A stretch of 50,389 nt of DNA from an uncultured Mycoplasmatota bacterium (lineage in GTDB: Bacteria; Bacillota_I; Bacilli_A; RF39; UBA660). The stretch is taken from the NCBI GenBank assembly GCA_947574255.1, contig CANPJT010000004.1, positions 1-50,389 on the forward strand, written 5' to 3'. A model generated the notes under the pieces. That model was not told where the DNA came from and ran no database searches. It saw nothing but the letters and a program-made list of their open reading frames with translations. Made by a program: the position numbers and the translations under genes. Below, one piece after another: positions 9,307-17,732 of the stretch; position 1 is the stretch's first letter, and each line of letters starts with the position of its first letter.

Positions 9307-9334
9307 AGTTAACATAACATATATTATATGAAAT
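9307..9334 (-). other. dif: dif site (XerC/XerD chromosome dimer resolution site)
   Basis: Minus strand reads ATTTCATATAA-TATATG-TTATGTTAACT versus B. subtilis dif ACTTCCTAGAA-TATATA-TTATGTAAACT; lies in a gene-free gap where gene orientation switches. Confidence 0.88.
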
Positions 9335-9656
9335 TATATTTTGGCTAAGAATTAAGATTGTAATCTGTTTTTATTTTACAAATATAACAGTATTATTATC
9401 AAGGATTTTATATAAATAACTATAAGTAATTTAAACTTATTTTTGAAATTTATATTATATACAGATAAATTCTTTTTTAAGACATTGTTTTATATCATTA
9501 AAATCAACTAATTTAATTATTATGGTATTTTTTTATATTCATCTATTATTACATATAAATTTATTTATTAAAGAAATAGATTATCTATTATATATGAACT
9601 TAAAATTTAAAAATATAGACTCTTCTCTATTTTAAATTTAAAAAAAGGGGAGTAGT

Positions 9657-10463
9657 TTATTTTAATTTATGATAAAAATGGCAATTCTGACATAGTGGAT
9701 TAATTTTCTTATTATCATTAAATCCTTTTAACATATTAGTGTATGTTGGAGAATTAATTATATCATTTAAATCATCTTTAAATATATTTCCTAAAGGAAT
9801 ATGAGCATTATTATCTAAACAGCAGGGGATAATAGTTCCATCAACTAATATAGCAATATGATTTTTTAAAGCAAGACATCTGCCTACTTTATTTTTATTC
9901 CCCTCTCCTAGCCTTTTCTCTGGCCAATCAAACTCATCTTCATAAGAATAGAAAATATTATCTGCTAAAGTTTTAGTCTTGTCATCTTTATTTATTATAA
10001 CTGAATATTGTTTCTCTAAAATTTTTATAATATCATGACAATTATTTCGCCAAATTCGATAATTTATAAAAGTACCAATTTTAGATAATTGTTGGCATTT
10101 AAAAAAAAGATTTAAAAAATATTCATCATATGATACTTTATCTTGTTCTTTTAAAGAATGAAGAGAAATATTTATCTGTCTTATAGGAATATTGTCCAAA
10201 TTGTTAATTAGAAAACCATTAGTAGTAATGTTTACTTGAAAATTATTATTTTTAGCAATTTTAATAAATTCGTTTATTTTAGGATGTAGTAATGGCTCTC
10301 CCATTACATGTAAATATATGTATTTTGTATGGTCTTTTATTTTATTTAAAATTATTGTAAAATTTTCTATAGTCATAAATTCTTTTTTTCGATTATTTTT
10401 AGCACAGAAATTACAAGATAAATTACATGTATTAGTAATTTCTATATAAATTTTTTTATACAT
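9657..10463 (-). CDS. Radical SAM protein with SPASM/twitch domain
   Basis: CNLSCNFC, GEPLLHP, ITTNG, C-terminal C..DGTIIPCC..LGNI..CQNC; start moved to MYKKIYIEIT. Confidence 0.88.
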   Translation of the reverse strand: MYKKIYIEITNTCNLSCNFCAKNNRKKEFMTIENFTIILNKIKDHTKYIYLHVMGEPLLHPKINEFIKIAKNNNFQVNITTNGFLINNLDNIPIRQINISLHSLKEQDKVSYDEYFLNLFFKCQQLSKIGTFINYRIWRNNCHDIIKILEKQYSVIINKDDKTKTLADNIFYSYEDEFDWPEKRLGEGNKNKVGRCLALKNHIAILVDGTIIPCCLDNNAHIPLGNIFKDDLNDIINSPTYTNMLKGFNDNKKINPLCQNCHFYHKLK

Positions 10464-10479
10464 AATAAAAGAAAAGGTC

Positions 10480-11256
10480 TTAAACCTTTCTTGATTCAAT
10501 TTCAGCTATTTTTTCAATAATTTCTGCTGCATTTGCTTCATTCATTTCTGTATAGCCAAGTTCTTTTAAGGCCTGAATACGAATTGTATTCAATTGTTGG
10601 GTACGACTCAATTTTTCTTCATTTTTTTGTTCTATTTCTTGAACAAATCTCTTATGACTTTCAGCTAATTTACTGCGACTAGCTCCACCATTATTATAAA
10701 GCGTTAAAGCTGAATATAAAATTCCTTCAAATATAAATTGTTTATCTTCATTAAAACGATAGTCTTCTGGATTAGTAAATCCAGTTGTTTTTGACATATA
10801 TCCAAAAATATATTTTATTTCTGGAACATTATCTATTGATTGGACCATATGATATAAGTATTCAATAGCGTAATAGTTTTCAGTCTTTTTATTTTCATCT
10901 AATAACTTTTCTTTTAATAGATAAGTAATATCGGCTAATAAAGTTTGTTCTTCTTTGTTTAATCCTTTTAAATCAAAATAATTATCTAGATCACTTGTGG
11001 ATTTAACTCCTTGATTCAATCTTGATTCTACAGCCATTAAATAGTCAGTAGTTACTTTTAGTGATTTGATAGTTCCTTCATCACCATCATCTATATCTAA
11101 TAGTTTAAATAATAAAAGTTTCTTCTCTTTAGGCCATTTATTTAAATCGTCAAGTTCTAAATAATTATAAACCATTTGGCGAGAAACTCCTAAATATTTA
11201 GCTAATCTTACTTTTGAAATTCCTAATTCTTGTAATAGTTCATTCAACCTTCCCAT
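10480..11256 (-). CDS. N-terminal Cro/C1-type HTH protein with uncharacterised C-terminal domain
   Basis: ISKVRLAKYLGVSRQMVYNY helix-turn-helix; RBS GAGGAG. Confidence 0.75.
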   Translation of the reverse strand: MGRLNELLQELGISKVRLAKYLGVSRQMVYNYLELDDLNKWPKEKKLLLFKLLDIDDGDEGTIKSLKVTTDYLMAVESRLNQGVKSTSDLDNYFDLKGLNKEEQTLLADITYLLKEKLLDENKKTENYYAIEYLYHMVQSIDNVPEIKYIFGYMSKTTGFTNPEDYRFNEDKQFIFEGILYSALTLYNNGGASRSKLAESHKRFVQEIEQKNEEKLSRTQQLNTIRIQALKELGYTEMNEANAAEIIEKIAEIESRKV

Positions 11257-11286
11257 GTTTTATCTCCTCTCGCATTTTACATTTAA

Positions 11287-11314
11287 ATTATATCATTTAA
11301 CACTTTTTTGTCAA
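11287..11314 (-). promoter_or_regulatory. sigA-type promoter of HTH gene
   Basis: TTGACA-16 nt-TATAAT with TG extension on the minus strand. Confidence 0.7.
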
Positions 11315-11333
11315 GTGTAAACATATGTAAACG

Positions 11334-12437
11334 TTATAAATAAAAAAGTTTTTCTTTGTTTTTATAAACCTCTTTAATTATTCCACAACCTAAACATTCA
11401 TCTTCTAAATATAAAACACAAGCTTGACCAGGTGTAATAGCTTTAGCCTTTTTTGGATAACTAACTTTAATATTTTTATCAACTAAATATTCTAATTCTA
11501 CAAGAATATCTTCTCCCCGATATCTAAATTTAGCACTACATTTATTTGGTCTTTTATCACTAATAAAATTGACATCAGTGATTAAACAAGAATCGCTATA
11601 CAAATATTCACTATCTCCAAATGCTACATAAAGGATATTCTTTTTAACATCCTTTCCACAAACATAATGACGATCTTTATTCCCGCTTATTCCTACATTT
11701 CTTCTTTGCCCAATTGTATAATTCATTAATCCAGTATGAGTACCAATTTCTTCCATAGTTTTTACATCAACAATTTTTCCTGGGTTAGGTTTTAAATAGT
11801 TTTTAATAAACTCTTGATAATTTCTCTCTCCAATAAAACAAATACCTGTAGAGTCTTTTTTCTTAGCGACATTTAAATTTATGTCATCTGCTATTTTCCG
11901 AACCATTTCTTTGTTTAACTCACCTACTGGAAACAAAACATCTTTTAATTGTTCTTTACCAATCATTGCCAAAAAATAACTTTGATCCTTATTTTGATCT
12001 AAGCCTCGATATAGTTTATTATTTTTAGTTCGAGCATAATGACCTGTTGCTATAAAATCGGCTCCTAATTTTTTGGCTTCTTTTTTAAATAAATCAAATT
12101 TAATATATTTATTACATAAAAGATCAGGGTTAGGAGTTCTTCCTTTCTCTAATTCATCTAAAAAATATTTAAAAACATAGTCCCAATATTCTTTAATAAA
12201 ATTAACACGATGAAGAGGAATATTTAATATTTCACATGTTTTTAAAGCATCATTATAATCCGCTTCTTGAGGACAGATATGTTCATTTAAATTAGGATTA
12301 CCTGCAATGTCATTATTAACTAAACTATCCCAATTACGCATAAAAAGTCCTTCCACTTCATATCCTTCTTTTTTTAATAAATAAGCAGAAACCGCTGAGT
12401 CTACTCCTCCGCTCATTCCAACTATTACTTTTGCCAT
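11334..12437 (-). CDS. mnmA: tRNA 2-thiouridine(34) synthase
   Basis: GMSGGVDS, TPNPDLLCNKYIKF, ATGHYA, KDQSYFL, DSTGICFIG, TPGQ. Confidence 0.97.
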   Translation of the reverse strand: MAKVIVGMSGGVDSAVSAYLLKKEGYEVEGLFMRNWDSLVNNDIAGNPNLNEHICPQEADYNDALKTCEILNIPLHRVNFIKEYWDYVFKYFLDELEKGRTPNPDLLCNKYIKFDLFKKEAKKLGADFIATGHYARTKNNKLYRGLDQNKDQSYFLAMIGKEQLKDVLFPVGELNKEMVRKIADDINLNVAKKKDSTGICFIGERNYQEFIKNYLKPNPGKIVDVKTMEEIGTHTGLMNYTIGQRRNVGISGNKDRHYVCGKDVKKNILYVAFGDSEYLYSDSCLITDVNFISDKRPNKCSAKFRYRGEDILVELEYLVDKNIKVSYPKKAKAITPGQACVLYLEDECLGCGIIKEVYKNKEKLFYL

Positions 12438-12471
12438 AATACCACCTAAACTTTTTTTATTATAACATTTT

Positions 12472-13047
12472 TTATCCGAAAATAAAAATTAACAGTTTAT
12501 TAAATAAGAAGTATATCATAAAATCGTTTAGAATAACTAAAAAACAAACTAAAAACATTTTTTTCAGAGAATTAAAAAAAATATTTTTTTTAGATTTAAA
12601 ATACATGAAATATTCTCTGGAAAATTTAATCGTAAATATAAATAAGCATCCTAAAAGTAACAAATATAATAATTTAATTGTCAAAAAATAAATACTAAAT
12701 ACTAACAAGGATTTTATTTTATAAAGAGAAGCAAATATAGGAATAATAAAACCTATTGAAATTCCTTCTATAAAAACTGTTATAATATTAATTAAAGACC
12801 CTAAAAAAATAAAAGAAGTTGCAATAATTATTAAAATAATACCTAAATGGATAAAGACATTTTTTACATCAAATATATTATGATTAAAAATTTTATCCAT
12901 TAATATAATATTTTTTCTAATACTTATGTCTTGATTATAATAAAATAATGCACCACTTATTAAACCAAAAACGAATATTATGATTAAAAATAAAGAAATA
13001 TTTTTATATTTTCTGATGCTTGTCCTACTCTTATTCATTATAATCAC
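12472..13047 (-). CDS. Membrane protein, SpoIIM-like
   Basis: Five hydrophobic segments, FVFGLISGALF, EGISIGFII resembling SpoIIM; sigE-like promoter upstream. Confidence 0.55.
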   Translation of the reverse strand: MIIMNKSRTSIRKYKNISLFLIIIFVFGLISGALFYYNQDISIRKNIILMDKIFNHNIFDVKNVFIHLGIILIIIATSFIFLGSLINIITVFIEGISIGFIIPIFASLYKIKSLLVFSIYFLTIKLLYLLLLGCLFIFTIKFSREYFMYFKSKKNIFFNSLKKMFLVCFLVILNDFMIYFLFNKLLIFIFG

Positions 13048-13054
13048 CCACTAA

Positions 13055-13082
13055 ATAATATTTACTTCGTTACAAAAATATG
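13055..13082 (-). promoter_or_regulatory. sigE-like promoter upstream of spoIIM-like gene
   Basis: CATATT-14 nt-AATATTAT, fitting the ATA-16-(c/a)ATAnnnT sigE consensus; AT-rich background lowers certainty. Confidence 0.4.
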
Positions 13083-13112
13083 TTAAATTTAATTATATTA
13101 GAGGTGAAATAC

Positions 13113-13214
13113 ATGAAAAAAAGAACTAGAAAAATTATTGTTTGGATTATGCTTCTATTAATGGTTGGAAGTTTTTTTGCAACAATTATTGGATATATTT
13201 TAGCGGCACGTTAA
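13113..13214 (+). CDS. Small membrane protein, Prli42/DUF4044-like (missing from ORF track)
   Basis: RBS GAGGTG; MKKRTRKIIVWIMLLLMVGSFFATIIGYILAAR* (basic N-terminus plus one TM helix). Confidence 0.75.
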   Translation: MKKRTRKIIVWIMLLLMVGSFFATIIGYILAAR

Positions 13215-13290
13215 AACATTGCAGTTAAAATAAAAATAAAGTATTTCAAAATATAAGAGAAATTTTAGAAAATGTTAGGAAATGTAAATA

Positions 13291-13587
13291 ATGACTGAGT
13301 ATAATGAATTATTTAAAAATTATTCTAAATTAGGGTTAGATGAAAAGAGGAATAAGTATAGTGAAGAAATGAATAAAATAGCACTATTGATCAAATCTTT
13401 TTTTAATCAAAGAAATTTAGAACTATTTGATATGCCCTATAATTATAAAATTGGGGAGGATAAAATAATTACTGAATCCGATTTATTAAATATTAATTTT
13501 AGAGATATCTATATATTAAAAACTGAATTACTATTACTTTTTAATTGTATTAATGAAGATAGAAAGCAAGGTATAATAAATGATTGA
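13291..13587 (+). CDS. Hypothetical protein (98 aa)
   Basis: ORF overlaps the start of the downstream gene by 8 nt; no recognised motif. Confidence 0.6.
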   Translation: MTEYNELFKNYSKLGLDEKRNKYSEEMNKIALLIKSFFNQRNLELFDMPYNYKIGEDKIITESDLLNINFRDIYILKTELLLLFNCINEDRKQGIIND

Positions 13588-14575
13588 ATATATAGAAAGA
13601 ATTAAAAGCAAATATGGATATAATGATGAACTATTAGAGTTTTTAAGTCAATTAATTGCTGTTTTAATTAAATATTATGGTGAAACATATAAGGATATTA
13701 TACTTATGGCTTTGCAAAATTGTGAAATACATATTCAAAGTAAAGATGAAAATACAGAAAATTTTTTAAATTCTTATTTTGATGATAATAAAAAATGGGA
13801 AATTCCACATCTCGGAGGAGCTTTTCATTATACTAAAATTAAAGTAATAGATAATCAAGTTATATCTAAATCTATTATTTATATAAGAACAATCCACCTT
13901 TTTTCATATATCCCATTTGATTTCAATGATGATAAGGATATTCTTACTTTAATTCACGAAATATGTCATGCAATCAAGGAATATGGTAAATTAAAATTAA
14001 AAAAAGGGAAAATTATTAATTCATCAGGACTTATAAAATATACTTATTCATATACTAAAGAAACTGGGGTTGTTTTAGAAAAATGTGATATGAAAGGAAT
14101 TGAAGAAGCTTTAAATACAGTTGAAGAAAAACAAATATTTGAAATGATGACTGGTAGAAAAGCAAAAAATAAAACTGGATATAATAATGCGGCTTATTAC
14201 GCTGAAAGATTATTAAAACATAAAGATCTTGCAAAAATATTAAAGAACTCACAATTTAGTGGTGATGACAGTTGGATTCAATATCTTGGTGATGAACAAA
14301 GTAAAATATTGATAGATAATTTTGATACGTTAGTAAATTCAATGTATGTTTCTATAAGAGATATCCTTAATAAGGAAAAAAGAGAGATGTTATATCAAAA
14401 AAAGAAAATAGCAGAAGATGTCTTAGATGATTTTATAAATAATTATTGTTCTAAAGAAGATGTAGAAGCATTTACTCAGTCATTAGATATCGCTGATAAA
14501 AAAACAGTTGAAATGATACAACAATTGCCACTAATAAAAAAAGAGGATGATATTTCATCATCAATAAAAAGATAA
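13580..14575 (+). CDS. Hypothetical protein with HEXXH zincin-like motif
   Basis: LIHEICHAIK plus downstream GIEEALN (gluzincin-like third ligand); no signal peptide. Confidence 0.6.
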   Translation: MIEYIERIKSKYGYNDELLEFLSQLIAVLIKYYGETYKDIILMALQNCEIHIQSKDENTENFLNSYFDDNKKWEIPHLGGAFHYTKIKVIDNQVISKSIIYIRTIHLFSYIPFDFNDDKDILTLIHEICHAIKEYGKLKLKKGKIINSSGLIKYTYSYTKETGVVLEKCDMKGIEEALNTVEEKQIFEMMTGRKAKNKTGYNNAAYYAERLLKHKDLAKILKNSQFSGDDSWIQYLGDEQSKILIDNFDTLVNSMYVSIRDILNKEKREMLYQKKKIAEDVLDDFINNYCSKEDVEAFTQSLDIADKKTVEMIQQLPLIKKEDDISSSIKR

Positions 14576-14694
14576 AATAAAAACTGAAGTTATTTTATGA
14601 AAAAATGTTAATAAAAATTAATATTATATAGTTTTTTTAAAATTTATAAAGTGATCATTTTACTTGTTCTATTCTTTATCTGAACTATAACATT

Positions 14695-14720
14695 AAACCT
14701 ATAAAAAAATAGGTTTTTTT
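14695..14720 (+). terminator. Probable intrinsic terminator
   Basis: AAACCTAT-AAAAAA-ATAGGTTTTTTT. Confidence 0.6.
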
Positions 14721-14721
14721 C

Positions 14722-14750
14722 TTGTAAGATTTATAATCTTATTATATAAT
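14722..14750 (+). promoter_or_regulatory. sigA-type promoter of pilus ATPase with palindrome across the spacer
   Basis: TTGTAA-17 nt-TATAAT; TAAGATT-TAT-AATCTTA at 14725-14741. Confidence 0.55.
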
Positions 14751-14768
14751 ATTGTAGAGTAAGAAGGT

Positions 14769-16247
14769 ATGGGTGACATTATGTTCAAAGAATTTGATTA
14801 CGAAAAATTGCCAGTTGTAGATATAGTTAATGAGATTATTTCAGATGCTGCTAAGAAAAATGCAAGTGATATTCATTTTGACCCTACTCCTACTATATTA
14901 AAGGTTCGTATTCGTGTTGATGGAGAATTAATTGATTATGCTAATGTTCCTGAAACTATTAAAAATCCGTTAATTACAAGAATTAAAATTATTTCAGGTA
15001 TGAATATAACTGAGTCACGTTTGCCGCAAGATGGTGCTATTAAAAATGTTGTTGATGGAGCTGATATTGATTTACGTGTCTCTACTCTTCCAATAGTATA
15101 TGGCGAAAAAGTAGTTATTCGTATTCTTGATTATAGTATGAGTACAGATGGTCTTGAGTCTTTAGGTTTTTCTCCTAAGAACTATGAAAAAGTAAAAAAA
15201 ATGATTGAAACTCCTAATGGAATTATATTAATTACAGGAGCTACGGGGACAGGGAAATCTACTACTGTATATTCAATGCTTCAAATCTTAAATACTTCTG
15301 AGCGTAATATTATTACTGTTGAAGACCCAGTAGAAATGAAACTTAATGGAATTAATCAAGTTCAAACAATGAGTGAAATTGGCTTAACTTTTGCTAATGC
15401 TTTACGAAGTATTTTAAGACAAGACCCAGATGTTATAATGATTGGAGAAATTCGTGATGATGAAACAGCTAGAATTGCAGTTAGAGCCTCAATTACTGGG
15501 CATTTAGTTTTATCAACAATTCATACTAATAACTCGTTAAATACTATTGAAAGACTTTTAGATATGGATGTTGAACGTTATTTGCTTGGTTCTGCCTTAG
15601 AAGGAGTTATAAGCCAACGTTTAGTAAAAAAATTATGCCCTACTTGTCGTACTTCTAGAGCTGCTACTGAATATGAAAAGAATGTTTTTAAAGAAGTTTT
15701 AGGAATGGATATAACACAAATTTATACTCCAGTTGGCTGTGATGAGTGTTTTAATGGCTATAAAGGCCGTATTGCTGTTCAAGAGGTATTAAGTATTGAT
15801 CAAGTAATTAGAGACGCTATAACTAATAATTATCAAAAAGATGAATTGCGAAAATTGGTTTATGCCAAAGATTCGACAGCTACACTTCTTGAAGATGGTT
15901 TATTAAAGGTTGTTGAAGGTTTAACTAGTTTTGAAGAAATATTAAGAGTTATTGATATTGAAGATGATTTAGGATCAGAAGATACAACTATTAAAAATGC
16001 ATTAATAGGGAAAAATGTTAATCCTAATATTACAAATACTATTGTTAATCAAACTAACCAAGTTCAAAATCAAGCTGGTGTTATCCCTACAACTAAGGAA
16101 AATCAATCAATAGTTAATAATTCTATATCTGATCAGCCAAATAATATTAATCAACCACAAACTCCACCACCTGTTAATTCAAATGCTTTGGAATTAGAAT
16201 CAGTTAAAATAGAAAGTCTTGGAGCTCCAGGAATTGATATATTATAA
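14769..16247 (+). CDS. GspE/PilB/ComGA family type IV pilus assembly ATPase
   Basis: ASDIHFDP, RLPQDG, GATGTGKST, TVEDPVE, LRQDPDVIMIGEIRD, TGHLVLSTIH, tetracysteine Zn motif; N/Q/P-rich tail. Confidence 0.95.
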   Translation: MGDIMFKEFDYEKLPVVDIVNEIISDAAKKNASDIHFDPTPTILKVRIRVDGELIDYANVPETIKNPLITRIKIISGMNITESRLPQDGAIKNVVDGADIDLRVSTLPIVYGEKVVIRILDYSMSTDGLESLGFSPKNYEKVKKMIETPNGIILITGATGTGKSTTVYSMLQILNTSERNIITVEDPVEMKLNGINQVQTMSEIGLTFANALRSILRQDPDVIMIGEIRDDETARIAVRASITGHLVLSTIHTNNSLNTIERLLDMDVERYLLGSALEGVISQRLVKKLCPTCRTSRAATEYEKNVFKEVLGMDITQIYTPVGCDECFNGYKGRIAVQEVLSIDQVIRDAITNNYQKDELRKLVYAKDSTATLLEDGLLKVVEGLTSFEEILRVIDIEDDLGSEDTTIKNALIGKNVNPNITNTIVNQTNQVQNQAGVIPTTKENQSIVNNSISDQPNNINQPQTPPPVNSNALELESVKIESLGAPGIDIL

Positions 16248-16290
16248 AAAGGATTAAAACCTATAATTTATAGGAGATAGTCCTTTTTAT
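16246..16290. terminator. Probable bidirectional terminator
   Basis: AAAAAGGA..CCTATAA-T-TTATAGG..TCCTTTTT interrupted hairpin. Confidence 0.6.
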
Positions 16291-16432
16291 TTTTTCTAAA
16301 ATTTTACGTTTTACTTCTCCAAAAAGTAAAAGGAATTTTTTTCATATAAATATTGTATTTTTTAAGTATCTTTTCATAAGCTCTTAAATAACTTTATAAC
16401 CTTTATTTATGTAGTTTATAGCATTTTTATTT

Positions 16433-16875
16433 TTAGAAGATGTTCACATATATTTTTGTTTTTTGATACTCTTCTTCATTAATATCTAAACCTAATAACA
16501 ATCGATTTTCAAAAGAAGTACTTTGTGCTTTTTTCATAACCGCCTCAAAATATTCAGTAAAATGTGTATCCATTCCAATGATACTTAGTTTTTTTACTTC
16601 TTCTAAATATCTTTCTGTTGGAGAAGTTATAATCCCATTATTAAAGTTATAACCATTTTAACTGGAATCCAGCTAAAAGCGAATTGAATAGTGAAATTAC
16701 ACTTTCTATATATTCATTTTTACTTATTTGTACTAACATATCATTAACCTCTTGGGATGAATGAATATTTGCCATACGCTCTATAGGAACAGAAGTATTA
16801 AATTGAGTATTTAGCTGTTGTTTTAAACCTAATAGTAAAGTATTAACAAAATCTAAAATAAAATACCTAAAAATA
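16433..16875 (-). pseudogene. Frameshifted, 5'-truncated remnant of a hypothetical protein
   Basis: Two abutting open frames without start/RBS: ...LLGLKQQLNTQFNTSVPIERMANIHSSQEVNDML...LLAGFQL, then NGYNFNNGIITSPTERYLEE...FENRLLLGLDINEEEYQKTKIYVNIF*; shift near 16655-16665. Confidence 0.6.
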
Positions 16876-16966
16876 AAGAATTTTCATTAAAAACTAAATT
16901 TTTATCATATAAAAACTACGTTTCTTTTGTCAAGTAACGAGGTTCAAATCATATTTAATTGATTTT

Positions 16967-17716
16967 TTAAATGAAATAAGAAAGATATTGAAATTTTTCA
17001 TAAAAGAAAAAAATTAAAAATAAACTACTAACCAAAAATGGCCCAAAGGGTACTTCGCTATCTTTCTTTAAAGCAATAGTTGCAACAGCATAAGGAAGTG
17101 CTATAAATGTTGATAAAACTAATGATATCATCATAAATTTATATCCTAATATCATTCCTGTAATAAACATAAATTTAATGTCGCCACCTCCTAAAGACTC
17201 CTTTTTAAAAATAGTATTTCCTAGTTGGCGAATTAATAGCATTGTTAAAAAAGACAATATTCCGCTAATTATAGCAAATAAAGCTTCAGACAAATCATAA
17301 TAATACCACTTTAAAATAAATATCAGAATAAAAGATATAACAAGTGGCGAATCTAAAATAATCATATACTGAAAATCTGTTATAAATATTAAAATGATTA
17401 ATGAAGAGATTATTAAAGAAATGAAAAAATTATAAGAAATTCCAAATTTCCAATAGCAAATTAAAAACAAAGTACCTGTTAATAATTCATATAATAAGTA
17501 TTTTATACTTAATTTTTTATGACATTGATGACATTCTCCTCTTAGTATTAGAAAAGATATAATTGGAATTAATTCATACCATTTTAAAACATGCTTACAA
17601 TAAGTACAATGGCTTCTTGGTCTAATTAAAGATTGATTATTTGGAATTCTTGTTCCAACCACAAAGAAAAATGAGCCAAAAATTGCTCCTATAATAAACA
17701 TTAATAAATATATCAT
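16967..17716 (-). CDS. comC: Prepilin peptidase (A24; ComC/PilD)
   Basis: GSFF, RSHCTYC, ELIPIISF, CHQC, GGGDIK, VPFGPF. Confidence 0.93.
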   Translation of the reverse strand: MIYLLMFIIGAIFGSFFFVVGTRIPNNQSLIRPRSHCTYCKHVLKWYELIPIISFLILRGECHQCHKKLSIKYLLYELLTGTLFLICYWKFGISYNFFISLIISSLIILIFITDFQYMIILDSPLVISFILIFILKWYYYDLSEALFAIISGILSFLTMLLIRQLGNTIFKKESLGGGDIKFMFITGMILGYKFMMISLVLSTFIALPYAVATIALKKDSEVPFGPFLVSSLFLIFFFYEKFQYLSYFI

Positions 17717-17732
17717 AACGTCCCCCTAACTA

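Noticed and set aside
9222-9656. Pseudogene or dif-integrated element in the gap
   Set aside because: No convincing open frame and no second dif-like copy found; the gap is explained by the dif region
9657-10463. Radical SAM/SPASM as RiPP maturase
   Set aside because: No adjacent precursor peptide, RRE domain or transporter; the N-rich peptide is 2 kb away in a separate transcription unit
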